Assembly (NCBI GenBank): GCA_951406725.2
Contig: OX597819.1
Span: 23,436,001 to 23,500,000 of the forward strand
Reading direction: 5' to 3'
Source: Octopus vulgaris
Taxonomy: Eukaryota
Length of the DNA stretch: 64,000 nucleotides
Below the pieces are notes generated by a model, which saw only the letters and a program-made list of their open reading frames with translations, was not told the origin of the DNA and made no database searches. Positions 11,936-25,270 of the stretch are shown piece after piece. The position numbers and the translations under genes are program-made. Position 1 is the first letter of the stretch. The number at the start of each line of letters is the position of its first letter.

Positions 11936-13231
11936 TATCAGGTCATCCCATAAGTTCTGACCGAAGTATTTTGAATAAAGAAAACAAGTGATCAAATGTT
12001 ATATTTAATTGAAATTTAATCATCAATGTACTTTCCCTGATTATCTATGACTTACTTCCATCTATTTACAAGCTTTTTAATCCCATCAATGTAAAACTCT
12101 TTTGGTTTCAAAGCTAAGAACTCTGAAATGTCAGTTTCGACCTCCTCCGGGCTCGCGAAAGTTATGTCCCCCAAATGATTCTGTAAACTACGAAACAAAT
12201 GGTAGTCTGAAGGAGCAAGGTCGGGAGAATAAGGTGGATGAGAAATTTTTTCCCAACCAATTTCTTCGATCTTCTGTGATGTGATCTTTGCAGTGTGGGG
12301 TCGCGCATTGTCGTGATGAAACACGATTCATTTAAGCGGGTCATTTTACTTCCAAGCTTGGTTCAAATGCTCTTTTTGCTGACAGTAGACTTGAGCATTG
12401 ATTGTTGCATTAGGTGGTAACAATTCAAAGTGAATTACTCCTTTACAATCCCACCAGATAGAGAGAAGAACCTTTTTCCCATAAAGTCCCTTATCGGTTG
12501 TGGTTGAGATTTTTCCCTTTTACCAAACCACTGATTACGACGTTTAACATCTCGATAGAAGATCCATTTTTCGTCACCAGTCACAAGTCTATCCAAAAAG
12601 GGTGAAATGAGTTCCCGAGAATGGAGGAAAGAGTAGATATCAACCCGGTATTTGCAGTTGCTTTTAGACAATTTATGAGGCAGCCATTTTCCAAGTTTAG
12701 GAACCTTTCCAAGTTGTTGAAGATGACGATGAACAGTTGCATGGTTTGAACTAAGCTTTATTGCCAATTCTTCAACTGATAACGCAGGATTTTCTTCAAG
12801 CAATGCCTCAAGGAGCTTATCATCAAACTCAACTGGATGTCCTGTTCAATCTTCATCTTCAAGGATGAAATCTCCACTTCTGAATTTTGCAAACTATCTT
12901 CTGCAAGTTCTTCCATTCAAGCCATTCTTTCCCATAAACTGAGCGTATGTTTCGAGACGCTTCGGCTGCAGAGTTTCCTTTTTTTTTTTTTTTTTTGTAC
13001 TCATTAAGCGTTATATGCCTCAAATGCCCTTTGGATACTTCCATGTTAGAAAGGGGTTTTAATCAAAGAAATTTTAATTCTATTATTCTCTAAAATGATA
13101 TTTAATTAGTTTAAATGTACACAAATGCATAAAAATAATTTTTAATTCAATTAGACATTCTTAAATACTATTAAATTTCATTGAATTTTAAAAAAGGTAA
13201 AATCGGACAGAACTTATGGGATGAAATGATA
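11936..13231 (-). mobile_element. full-length mariner (DD34D) with pseudogenised transposase
   Basis: About 29-bp TIRs (TATCAGGTCATCCCATAAGTTCTG..), TA flanks, ATG at 13044. Motifs WLPHKL, VTGDEKW, HHDNARPH and HPPYSPDLAPSDYHLF are split by frameshifts. Confidence 0.95.
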
Positions 13232-13553
13232 TACCCTTTAATTCTTTTATTTGTTTCAGTCATTTGACTGCTACCATGCTGGAGCACCACCTTTAATAAA
13301 TATATAAACGATGAATAGCCTTCGCGTAAATCATTGGTTCGTTTTGTTCTCTTACTTTATTATCATCTTATAATCATCTCATAATAATGACCTTTATGAC
13401 TCGTATTATTACCTCAGTCAATCTAAATGTATATATTTGTCACTACCTGTCATAAACAGCCTTTTTCTATTTGCAATATGCATTTTCGTTGATTTTTCAT
13501 ATTTTACCCTTACATTTCCACGTGTATTTTCTTTCCTTTTCATAACATATTTC

Positions 13554-13603
<50 letters not shown>

Positions 13604-13919
13604 TATGTATGTATGTATACGTATATGTGTTTGTCTTTCTGAATATATGCAAGTATGTGTGTGAGTGTGTGTGTGTGTGTCAAATCTAATTGCGTTTATC
13701 TGCATTAATACCGCCATATCAGCTCCTCTTGAATTTCTCTTACAGCCACTCATGACGCTGAGTGACTTGTCCTGGATGATCAAATCATTTGAGCACTACT
13801 ACGTGTTTTCTGTACTGAGCATATCTGGCTCCCACCTACTGTCAGTACGTGTGTGTGTGTGCGTGTGTGTTCATGTATGTATGTATGTATGTATGTATGT
13901 ATGTATGTATGTATGTATG

Positions 13920-14160
13920 GTGGGATCACCCCTTGAAAACTGTCGATAGTGATCGAATGAATGCGATGTACATTGGTCACTCCTGCCATCATATCGACAT
14001 TGCCTGTACGGGTACATAAATGTGCCACACGTCAGGTGTCGAAATGATCGCAGAACAGCGTGAAATGAAGTGTTTTGCTCAAGAATACAATGCAACGCCT
14101 GGTCCGAGAATTGAACACACGATCTAGTAAGCATGAGTGCAAAACCCTAAGTAACCATGA
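13920..14160 (-). mobile_element. SINE, family D head with a different tail
   Basis: Minus strand GTTCAATTCTCGGACC..TCTTGAGCAAAACACTT, followed by (CATA)n. Confidence 0.6.
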
Positions 14161-14169
14161 GTGCAAAAC

Positions 14170-14739
14170 AAATGTAAGCTTGATAAGATATTGTTGTTTG
14201 GGACAGAGGGACAAATGTATATACCATCATAGAGGTTAGCTGCCCTGCAGATATAAATATCTCTTTGAAAATCAAAGAAAAGTGGGATATCTATGGACAA
14301 CTGCTTCGAAACCTCCAGCTTCTATATCCAGAATATAAATTCATATTCATACCAATAATAATTTGAACACTAGGCTTTGTTAGTAAATGCTTAAATGAGA
14401 ATTTGGGTAAACTGGGATTTTCAGAAAGAGGAATTGACCGTCTAATTCGTACATTACAAGTTCAATCTGTGAGTGGAACAGTAAAAATATGCAATACTTT
14501 CCTCAATTTCCACATGTGAATTTTTCGGTGTTAATTACATCCCAAAGATGAAGCCTGGTATCTTTGTTGTAAACCGGCTCCCTCTTCAGTGGAAGATCTA
14601 TAATAATAATAAAAAATGGAAGAGACATACTTACATACATGATGTTGAAATTCTAATGAATCTTCGATCAAGATTAGAAACCGGCTCGTTCTCTATTGGC
14701 AAAAAATCTTGAAATAAAACTGAACACTCACATACATAC
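14170..14739 (+). mobile_element. 5'-truncated RLE-type non-LTR retrotransposon 3' end with (CATA)n terminus
   Basis: DIVVWD..IIEVSCPADINISLKIKEK..YGQLLRNLQLLYPEYKF..SVSGTVKICNTFL, stop at 14517-14519. 3' UTR shared with 61350-61820. Confidence 0.8.
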
Positions 14740-14770
14740 GTATGTGTCTATGTATGCATGTATATACATG

Positions 14771-15152
14771 GTGGAGGCGCAATAGCCCAGTGGTTAGGGC
14801 AGCGGACTCGCGGTCGTAGGATCGCGGTTTCGATTCCCAGACCGGGCGTTGTGAGTGTTTATTGAGCGAAAACACCTAAAAGTTCCACGAGGCTCCGGCA
14901 GGGGATGGTGGTGATCCCTGCTGTACTCTTTCACCACAACTTTCTCTCACTCTTACTTCCTGTTTCTGTTGTGCCTGTTTTTCAAAGGGCCGGCCTTGTC
15001 TCTTTCTGTGTCACGCTGAATATCCCCGAGAACTACGTTAAGGGTACACGTGTCTGTGGACTGCTCAGCCACTTACACGTTAATTTCACGAGCAGGCTGT
15101 TCCGTTGATTCGGATCAACCGGAACCCTCGTCGTCGTAACCGACGGAGTGCT
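14771..15152 (+). mobile_element. SINE family C, full length
   Basis: tRNA-like head GGAGGCGCAATAGCCCAGTGGTTAGGGCAGCG..GTTTCGATTCCC; near identical to 46465-46795. Confidence 0.9.
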
Positions 15153-15871
15153 TCCATCCATTATATACATACATCCTGACTGTGCGTGCATCGGTCTTGT
15201 AGCCCTTTTGTTTCATTATCTTTCCTTAAGTAATCAGATCTTTTCGCCTTTAATTATTCAACAAAAAATATATTAAGATACACCAAAATATTGATTTATG
15301 TCTCTAAGCAATCTCATTAGATCTTTCTTTTGCCATCTCCTTATACCAATTATCTCGTAGGGCAGGATGACATCTGATGTGTTTGTTTGGGTCGAGGAAA
15401 CTTAGATTAATATTTATTCATCTCAGCGGGAATACACTAGTTATTTATAAGGAATGTATTAAGTACGCAACTGATAGTATTTATAGCATAGCATTATATA
15501 AATTTCTCATGTACACACACTGATACAGATAACACGCACATATACATTTATGTATACATATTCATGTAAATGTACACGTGCGTGTGTGTGTGCGTACGCA
15601 TATGTGTAGTCGTGTATAAATGCGTGTGCGCGTTTGTGTCTTGTGTGTATGCGAAACCATATTGTTAGCAGGGTGTCGGCCGATCAGTGTAAGAGCCGAC
15701 AATTTGTATTCTGTCTCCATAGCAAATGGTTCTGAACGTCCGCTTCAAAAGCTATCATAAACTCCTAACAAAGGACACCTACTGGTGCACTTGGTGCGTC
15801 GTTAGTCGTTCGGAAAGTGAAGCTATCGTTGTAATACTTTACTATGGGATATTTCAAATATATATATAATG

Positions 15872-15948
<77 letters not shown>

Positions 15949-16004
15949 TTATAGGTTTGATGATGCAAGCAGGAAAGATAGAATTCAAAATATGATTATA
16001 TATA

Positions 16005-17009
16005 CGCGGTGTAGTCAAATAGTATCCGACCTTGATTGTTTTGTTTTGTTTTTTTGCATAAAATAATAATGCGTGGGCAAAATCCGCATGGCTGTTAGAT
16101 TGCTGTGTCCTTCCTGAGCATGCGCAAAAAGTTTCGTGTCTGTAAGTGAAGAATGTGTTTGTGTTGTGTGATTTTTCTTGGTGAGTCAAGACGACCGAGC
16201 GCACTACTCAAAGATACTGTATCAAATTCTGCCAAAAACTTGGTGACACGCAAGCCCAGACTATCGAGAAGAATCAGAAGGCCTTTGGAGACGATGCTAT
16301 GGGAAAGACACAAATAAACGAGTGGTACAACCGGTTCAAAGATGGCCGTACCTCAGTGGACAGTGAGCCGCATTGTGACAGACCATTGACTAGCAGAAAC
16401 GACGAAATGATTGGGAAGACTCGAGGAATAGTCTATGAAGACAGTCGTCAGACTATTTTTATTTCTTTATTGCCCACATGGACTAAACATAGAGGGGACA
16501 AACAAGGACAGACAAATTGATTAAGTCGATTACATCGACTCCAGTGCGTAACTGGTACTTATTTAATCGACACCGAAAGGATGAAAGGCAAAGTCGACCT
16601 CGGTGACTATTGCGAAGTTGGAATCAGCCATGGATCAGATCAGTTTGTTCATTCCCCCCACGTTGCCCAAACATTCCTCGTCAAGCAAATCACACCACTT
16701 GTTCATCAGGCTTCCTATTCACGAGATTTGACACCGTGTGACTTTTGGCTATTCCCAAAGCTAAAAATAAACACACTCAAAGGGAGAAGATTTGAGTCAA
16801 CAGACGATATTAAGCTAAATTCGACGCCACAGCTCCACAGCATCCCAAAAATTGATGTCCAAAAATGTTTCCAGAAGTGGTAGGAATACTGGCAGAAGTG
16901 TGTAGACTCCCAAAGCTAATCTTTTGAAGGAAACTAAATCAAAATAGTGACTTTTTTAAATATTACTTGTTTTTTGGCCAATGGTCGGATACTTTTTTAC
17001 TACACCTCG
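16005..17009 (+). mobile_element. internally deleted mariner (irritans-like)
   Basis: TIRs CGCGGTGTAGTCAAATAGTATCCGACC / GGTCGGATAC..ACTACACCTCG with TA flanks. Motifs QRYCIKFC..WYNRFKDGR and YSRDLTPCDFWLFPKLK. Confidence 0.9.
16458..16604 (-). mobile_element. 5'-truncated SINE family A inside the mariner
   Basis: TSD GACTATT at 16451-16457 and 16605-16611. Confidence 0.85.
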
Positions 17010-17310
17010 TATATATATTTAGCAGAAGCAGCAGAGTGACTCAATGGCCGAGAGGTTATCGAACTAATTATAAATCCTAGTAACTAGTTTGATACGAACC
17101 AACGCACGAAACTTTAGGCCCTTGAGTCGCTTCATTGCTTCTGCTAAATATTTATCAGACTAGTTTCTAGGATTTGAAGCCGGTAGTTTGTCTCATGACT
17201 CGAGTTTCGTGCTACAGCGATCTTCAAGCTAGTTTTACTTTAAGATCGCAGTGATGCAAAATACGAGTCGGAAAATACGAGTGGAAGATTTATAATAAGT
17301 AAAAAGTAGA

Positions 17311-17360
<50 letters not shown>

Positions 17361-17362
<2 letters not shown>

Positions 17363-17737
17363 GTTTAAATATTTGTTGTGCAAGATTTTTTATGTGAAGT
17401 CGTGTGTTGAAACAGATATTGTTATATTTCGGAATGGTCATATTGCCAGTTTAGCAAATTTTATTTAATTTGCTTTGCAGGAAGGACTGTTTTAACGAAG
17501 TCGCATCTTTCCTTGCCTTCGAAAACGTGGAGTAGATGAAACAGGGACAACTGAAGAAGGGGAATATTCTTTATGCTGTATGTCTCGTTTCTCTGTTCCT
17601 TTTTTCGAGTGTGACGAAAGAACTTTGGCCGAAATAAGATTAAGATTAATGTAAAAAATAAATATCACTGAAGCAAAATAACACCAAATATATAGTGCGT
17701 GTGTTTTATTGGCTAAACTGGCAATATGACCATTCCG

Positions 17738-17781
<44 letters not shown>

Positions 17782-18075
17782 TTTCACCCTCCGCAAAAAT
17801 TATTTTGTTCCATATTGTAGTGCATATCCCTTAACGGTTTATATATGTAGCCACTTCACCAAATTTTATTTAATTTGCTTTGCAGGAAGGACTGTTTTAA
17901 CGAAGTCGCATCTTTCCTTGCCTTCGAAAACGTGGAGTAGATGAAACAGGGACAACTGAAGAAGGGGAATATTATTTATGCTGTATGTCTCGTTTCTCTG
18001 TTCCTTTTTTCGTTGTTCGAAAAAAAAGCTCGTTTCTATGTTTTTGTTTTTGTTTTCGTTTCTTATTGTGTTCAA
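17361..18075. repeat. PLE-like rearranged repeat: 153-bp direct repeat plus 32-bp inverted repeat
   Basis: Direct copies 17455-17607 and 17860-18012; inverted 17424-17455 and 17712-17743. Same family at 27687-27843 and 61292-61350. Confidence 0.75.
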
Positions 18076-18162
18076 CGTTTTTTTTTATGTCCTGTGCCTA
18101 TATATGCATGTATATATACATATATATGTTGGTATGTACATATATGTATGTATATATGCATA

Positions 18163-18235
<73 letters not shown>

Positions 18236-19339
18236 GTATGTGTATCTGTATGTGTAAGCCTAAAGTGTTCTTAAATGGCATTGTATTAAATTAGCACATC
18301 ACGTAAAACAATTTCAATGTATATAAAAACAAAGTGCACTACATTCTACTCGACCAACCCGATACGGGGGCCCTAAATATTTGCGTTGTTCAGTACCACG
18401 TTTCTTTCAAGAATATTCTCATACTTAAGTTTGCACTGAGAACACAAAACACATTTTTTAAAGAATATATCGCTTTTTTGTTGGGGTTTTTTTTTGTCTC
18501 TGTAATAGTCACAAAGTTTACTCGTTCTTTAAATTATAATCGAATGTTTAGATTTTGTTCGTTATAAAAGCTTGTCAGATAAACTGATTTAGACCATATG
18601 AAGGACTGAGAAAATTACATCGAATGACTTGAAAATGAACAGACAGGAGAAAAAAAAATCATGTTTGTGCGATACAACAATGTCTTGGTAAATCTCTTTA
18701 GAAGGAAATAGCGTGATCTGACAGACATTCTGTGGCCATTCCTAAACAGAACTACAACTAGACCACAACAGAATCAAGCCGACAATTTTGCTTCCTGAAT
18801 CTAAGTAAATTGACTTAGTGATGGTTGAATCTATTTCCTTTTTTATTATTCCTGAAAATTTGGACAAAAACCTATTTTTGTAGCCAAGTAAAAATATTTC
18901 TGATATCCTCCTTCTCTCTGCATCTCCTTTCATCTCTCTCTTCCTGTCTCTCTCCCTCTTTTCATCTCTCTTTTTCATTTCTCTTCTCTTCTACCACTCT
19001 TCTTCTCTCTCCCTCTCTTCTTCTTTCTCTCTCTCTCTCTCTCTTCATTTCTCTCAATTCCTCTCTCTCTCTCTTCTGCTTCTGTCTTTTTCTCTCTGTT
19101 TCCTTTTCCTCTAGTCACTCTATTTCTTAGACATCTTTATCAATCTTTAAACTTACCTAATTATATTTCCCCTTTCTTCTCTCCTTCTCACCCACTCTCA
19201 CTTTCTTTCGTCTTATCTTTCTCCTTTTCTAACCAACTCTCATATTATTTTTCTTTCTTCCCCCACCACTTCATTATTTTTCTCGTCTGTTTCCCTTTCT
19301 CTTACTTCAAAAATTCAGGTTTCTAATAAAATAATTAAC

Positions 19340-19570
19340 GAAGGCGTATGACCTAGTGGTAAGTAGGTTCAGATCATGATCGTATGTTCAATTCTCTGAC
19401 CGGGCGACACGCTGTGACCTTAGACTTTATATCACACTGCCCCAGTCTACTCAGCTGTAAATGAGTACCAGCTGGGTGTTGGCGAAACCCTCTCAACCTC
19501 TAACTGTCATTTTCTGAATGTTTCGCTGACCGATGCGTAATGGAGCGGAAAGGATATCTATGACTGCTTA
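19340..19570 (+). mobile_element. SINE family D
   Basis: GAAGGCGTATGACCTAGTGG head, GTTCAATTCT B box, CTACTCAGCTGTAAATGAGTACC. Confidence 0.65.
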
Positions 19571-19575
19571 CTATA

Positions 19576-19969
19576 TCTTTATATATAAAACTGTAGTTGT
19601 GTGAGTGTCTGTCCCCTTCGATTTAGATTCCTAACTACTCCCACATTGTGCGGTGCAGTTTAACCAAAACCAGGTATCTTATAGTCGTGATTCATATCGA
19701 ACCCTTCTGGGTATTAGCGCGCGTCTACGATGAGTCTACGATTTTAAAAATAATTTACTATAATTTTTTTCCATTTTCATGCATATTTTTTTAAAGGGAA
19801 GTAACTCTCTAAAAATGTCTACGATGAGTCAACGATTTAAAAAAAATTTACCATCATATTTTTTTCCATTTTTAATGCATTGTTTTGCTATTTTTTGGCT
19901 ATAACTCTCTAAAAATGCTGTATAGTTATTTCCCTTACAAACCCGAGCAACGCCGGGCGATACTGCTAG
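19576..19969 (+). mobile_element. non-autonomous Helitron
   Basis: A|TC start, terminal hairpin CCCGAGCAACGCCGGG, CTAG|T end, no TSD. Confidence 0.88.
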
Positions 19970-21169
19970 TTACATATACATTTCAGACAATTACCAAAAG
20001 CATGATAAAGTTATCGAGTCATACTTGCTCGTGAGTGAAGATGGTTCGTATTAAATAAAGTACGAAGTCAATTAATTACAAAATATTCTCCTGCAACAGG
20101 TGTGGGAAGGCGAAAGATTTCATGTTTAGAAACTATAAACAATCGAATGCATTTGTCTTGGTTATCTGTCAAATAAATATTTACTACTTCTATTGTAAAA
20201 CTGTACAACTAAAGCTTAATCCAATATTATTCCTATTAAAAATCTTATACATGATTATTCAGAAATACTTATATGACAAGTTAAAGAACTGCTTTGTTCC
20301 ATTTGCATTCTTATTAAAACTGAATATGATACCGTGTAATAATGGACCTGTTATTTTTATATAAGCCACTATGTACATGATAAAACTTACTATGAACAAA
20401 CATACAATATAAAGCTAACATATTTCCGCAGAATCTGATCTACCCCTTGCTACAACAAAAGAATTACCATCATTCTTCTTTACTCAAAGCTCGTTATTGA
20501 AAGAAAGCATTGATCTTTTTAGATATATCATTATTTTGCAATAATAATCACGGATTAAGATGCAATTCTTGACGCAAAGTAATGCTTTTTGGAGCAAAAA
20601 TTTAGTTATCGAAAGATTAAATTCAATGATCAGTTGCTGCTTATGACTAATACAATTGAAACAATTAGTAACAGAGATATTGTTATTCCATAATAGTAAA
20701 TCGGCTACTAGCATACTTCGAAGTATAATGGTGTCTACGTTCTTTTTATTCCTTATATATGTTACTCACTTTTGATTATATTTATCAACCTACAAGCTAG
20801 GTTATTAGTAAAATTCTCTTTTGTGGACCTTAGATGTAATATAAAATCTTTGTAAAGCTAGACGTTCGGTCTCGTCATTTATTTCTAACACGCTAGTTAT
20901 TTACTTAGCCTTTATATTAATGGAACTGGGTGCACTAACACATTTTATATTGGTATTATTACTACTAATACTATTCAGCAATAGCTTATTGTAAGTGCCA
21001 CTGTAATATTTCAAAATGTCTACCGAGTGAACGTAGGACAGCCTTGTATAATACAGTTACAATCAAAACGATTTCTATTGTTAATATACAGAATCAAAGA
21101 CTTTTATCTTGTATATAATAAATATACGACCATTTGAGTAATTTCTTTCATTACTTGAGATTCGATAAA

Positions 21170-22200
21170 ATGTGTTTAGGGAAGAATGAAAGATCGTGTC
21201 GTCTGCATTAGTATGGGCTTTGTTAGATGTGATGGCAAATACATCATCGATGTGTAGATGGAAGAAAATGGGAGGCAAAACCGAAGCCCGGGGTACATTA
21301 GAGTTGATTGTGAATGGAGCAGAAACAGCCCCGTCAACACATGCCATGATCTCGCACTCAAACAGAAAGTTTACAGAAAATTGCTGCTTCAGGTAAGCTG
21401 AAAGTGTTGATAGGAGATATGCAGGCTAAATATGGTATGAGGCTTTGCTGATATCTAGACTAAGAGTATATTATCGCTCTCATCATACTTCTCGGAAGCA
21501 AAAGCCTAGTGGTGAGTAACATAAGAGAGTAGATGCACGGATAGAGAGAGAGAGAGAGAGAGAGAGATTCAAGGTTTTGGAAAATTTTTATTTGTGGTTG
21601 TTCTATTATCTCAGTGATGTTAGATGCGAGGACAATAGGGTGGTAGTTGGCTGGATCAAAAGTAGGAGATATTGGGGAGAGCTGTCAGGGTATATCCTTC
21701 TAGAAAATGAGAAATTAAAGATTCGGTGGGTATAGAAGCAAGTTCTGGAGTGGATTGTTTAAGTGTAATTGAAGGGACATTACCAGGGCCGGTGGTCTTG
21801 TTTATTTGAAACAACTGTATGTAGTTCTGCATTTTTCATGTGTGTATGCGAAGCGGGCATCTTAGAGAATATGGAACGGATTGACTAAGGGTAAATAGTA
21901 TGGAGTTAGACGCACATCAGACAACGTCGGTGAAGAATTTCTGCATGCGAATGCTGCATATACAGTTATCATTGATCAGAAGAGAAGACAAAGAAGACTC
22001 AAAAAAATTGTGGAGATTCTATTGGCAAAAAAGAAAAGATTTTGTTGCAATATGGCAGTCGAAAGAACTTGGCGGCTGTGGGTTGCATGAAGGCATCCGT
22101 TTCTCATCCAAGTGACTGTTTTTCATTGTCGCAGATGCATGTGATACTTTGAGCGGTGTAAAGACAACGAGTACCCCTGAAGTCAAAAGTTCCATGACCT
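21170..22200 (-). pseudogene. degraded LINE reverse transcriptase (Jockey/CR1 group)
   Basis: KTTGPGNVP..PELA, DPANYHPI, SLDISKA, INSNVPRASVLPP (cf. GVPQGSVLSP) and TNADD (cf. YADD). Confidence 0.8.
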
Positions 22201-24536
22201 ACGCTGCAAGAAAAGATAATTGCACAACATATAATCATATATATTAATGTTGTAACTACAGTAGCACTGAGGGTTCGCATTTCCCTGAATCGTTATATGC
22301 GTTATAAAGAAGAAAAACCCAGTTGCGATTTTTAGTCAAAGCAGGTAGAACATCCTACCAATTTCTGAAAGTTACTGGAAATTTGGTATATTGGAAATAA
22401 CCTTAAAGATGAGCACCACACCTTGTTTTGTTTTTTTGGGGGGATGGTTTATTTTTCTTTCTTTTTGTCCCGTAACCTTCATCTTCTTAGACTCATTCAT
22501 AATGCATATAGGGCGCTTCCACTATAGCAAGAATTCCTAATCTACCCCGCTCTTGGACAGTTGTTCTCACAAAAATTAAGAGACCATCATTCCAAAAATA
22601 GTCTTACAGGTTCGCTCATTTTATATCTTCGTAGCCTTATCGCATTTTTAGAATTTGTCTGTCATCATATCTTCCAGTATTAGCATAGATGATGTGTATT
22701 CTTTAGCATCCATACAATAAGTATAATAGATACAACCTCCCAGCAGTTGACTGTCTAGTTGAGGATTGTTTTGCTAACCAACACTTCCGTTTCTCAATAT
22801 ATTTCATGAATCTTTGAACAGATGATCACCAAACATACTTTAAGATAGTGGAATATCAAAACAACCTTTTCTTATTTAATTATATGGTTTCGTATTTTTT
22901 TTACTCTTTATTAGTATTATTAGGTTTCTTTCAACCAGAGGCACTGATTGCTTTCATCGATTTTTTTTTCATCGTACATCTATAAACGATATTATATCAT
23001 AAATGGTAATCGCTACAATCAATTTTTCAAAATATTTCTTTTTCCGTCATGAATATATATAATATTTTTTTAATAGAAAGTCATTTTTTTGTTTGTTTGT
23101 GTAAATATTAGTGATTTGATTTTCTTTTCTTTTTACCGAAGATAACTTAAAGTAAATAGGACCGGTTTCATTTTACAGACATAAAGCTTACTTGGCCAAT
23201 CAGACATATTTCTAAACTGAATATGTGGTTACAATGAATCTTGGCGAACAATTGCAAAGATAACAAGAAAGTAAAACGTAAAGCTTCTTAAGAAATAAAT
23301 TATTAATCTTAGTTCTTTATATAAATGATGTTTTATAAATGTAAGCTGTTGATATGTCGAGGGAAATAAAGATAATCTATTGATTGGAAGGAGAATAAGA
23401 AAAATATTATATTTTATATTCCAATTTAGATTTATTACTCAAATCATACTTTCCTTACTTTTGTTAAAATTATTTGAAAAGCCTATTAAATATTTGCAGA
23501 ATTTCAAATATATATATCGAAGAAATTGTAAGGAAGAGAGGATCTAGAATAAATAAATAAATACATAAATAAAACAACACTTGTAAAAAGAATAGCATTT
23601 GTTTGTTGTCGTTTGTTCTTCTTTTGCTTAAGAAGATTTTGAATATTAATGAACACACATTTAACCACACATTGACAACAATAGCTGTAGAGACTACCTT
23701 AAAGTAATATTATATATTTATAAACATACTGAGTCATTCTGCAAACTCTTTAAGCAATAATACAAATTCATATAGAAAACTGATATGTAGCCATGAATTT
23801 TTGCATTCAACTTTTTCTAGCCTTCGTTTTCTTACGTACGATGTGACCACTATCATCTGTCTTCCCTCACATCAGATATGGCCATATGCTCCTTCTTCAC
23901 ATGTGCTTTCTCTTCGATATGTTCATTTTATACACATATGTTTTAGCTAATGTCACATGTTCCCTCTTCAAATCTGCTTCTTTTTATCTTTACATCCATA
24001 TCATACAAAATTATATAATACGAAATTGTACTTGATTTGATCTGAGGCAGTGTGTTGAAACGAGAGCAATTACAGTATGGAAGATATGTATCAACCTTTC
24101 AAAAATACACAAAAACTATTAACTTCAATTAAATATTTACCATTTGGTCTCAAATTTTTTTTTATCTTCGTCGTACTACCTGCCATCTTGGCATTGAGTC
24201 AGTTCTACCACAGGGAAACTTTTTCAGCGACCAAGTTGCAAATAGTACAACGAAAATGTTGAGAGTAAATAAATTATTAAATGATTTTAACATGCTTTTG
24301 TGTGTGGGACTTTGGCTAGTATACGATTCCTGAGCTTTAGAACTCTATAATTTGTATAAAAACCTTATTTATGTACAAACTCTATCGTGAAAAAAACATC
24401 TTCACCTGAAAATTTTTACCAGCAATACAAAAATTTATTGATGCAAATGATTGTAGAAAATTATTAACTATCAGCAAACCTTGATATTCTTCATTATTCT
24501 TCAGGCATTAATAATTTTTTAATAACTTTAATAACA

Positions 24537-24593
24537 CTAGCTGTGCCAACTTCAAATTTATCTCTAGCTGTGCCAACTTCAAATTTATCTCTA
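24537..24593 (+). repeat. 27-bp perfect tandem duplication
   Basis: CTAGCTGTGCCAACTTCAAATTTATCT x2. Confidence 0.95.
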
Positions 24594-25100
24594 ATTGGCT
24601 TAATTCCAAAAAATCAAATACTGTATAAAATATTACAGTTGTCAGTGGGCAAATGGAAATGAATTCTTAATTTCTGCTAAATGCAAAACAATATTCCCGG
24701 AACAATTTTTTCAATATTTTTTATATCCTTAACAAAAGTCAACGGGATATTTATGTGGCATTAAGCCAAATAGTTAGAACGTGTGTGAAGGGTGGAGTGT
24801 ACTTCAGAAATAATCGATTCTGAGTTTGAGGAAGAGCACAATTTCTGAGATGTACTTGACTGATAAGTGATTTTTATCTGAGGCTGTGCATTGAAACTAA
24901 AACAATTACAGCGTAGAAAACGCATATTAGTCGTTCAAAAACACATAAAGACTGTTAACTTCACATAAACAATTATTTTTGGTGTCCAAATTTTCGTCCA
25001 GATGATCCATGTCAGTGACCGGGTTGCAACTTGTTCGACAAAAAATATTACACTAATTAATAACCAGTTAATAGTTTTGTGTATTTGTCAGTGACTATCA

Positions 25101-25270
25101 ACATTTCGTCCGTCTTTACGTTCTGGGTTCAAATTCCCCTAAGATCAACCTTGCCTTTCATCCTTTTGCAGTCGATAAAATAAGTACCAGTTGAGCAGTG
25201 ATGTCCATTGACATAACCCCCTCCCCACTGCAAAAAGTTGTCGTTTTGTGCCAAAATTTGACACCAATAT
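25101..25270 (+). mobile_element. SINE family A, partial and diverged
   Basis: GGGTTCAAATTCC..TTGCCTTTCATCC..GATAAAATAAGTACCAG. Confidence 0.75.

Noticed and set aside
14771-14845. tRNA-like sequence (also at other SINE heads)
   Set aside because: It continues into a repeated SINE body and lacks a clean cloverleaf and terminator, so it is not a tRNA gene.
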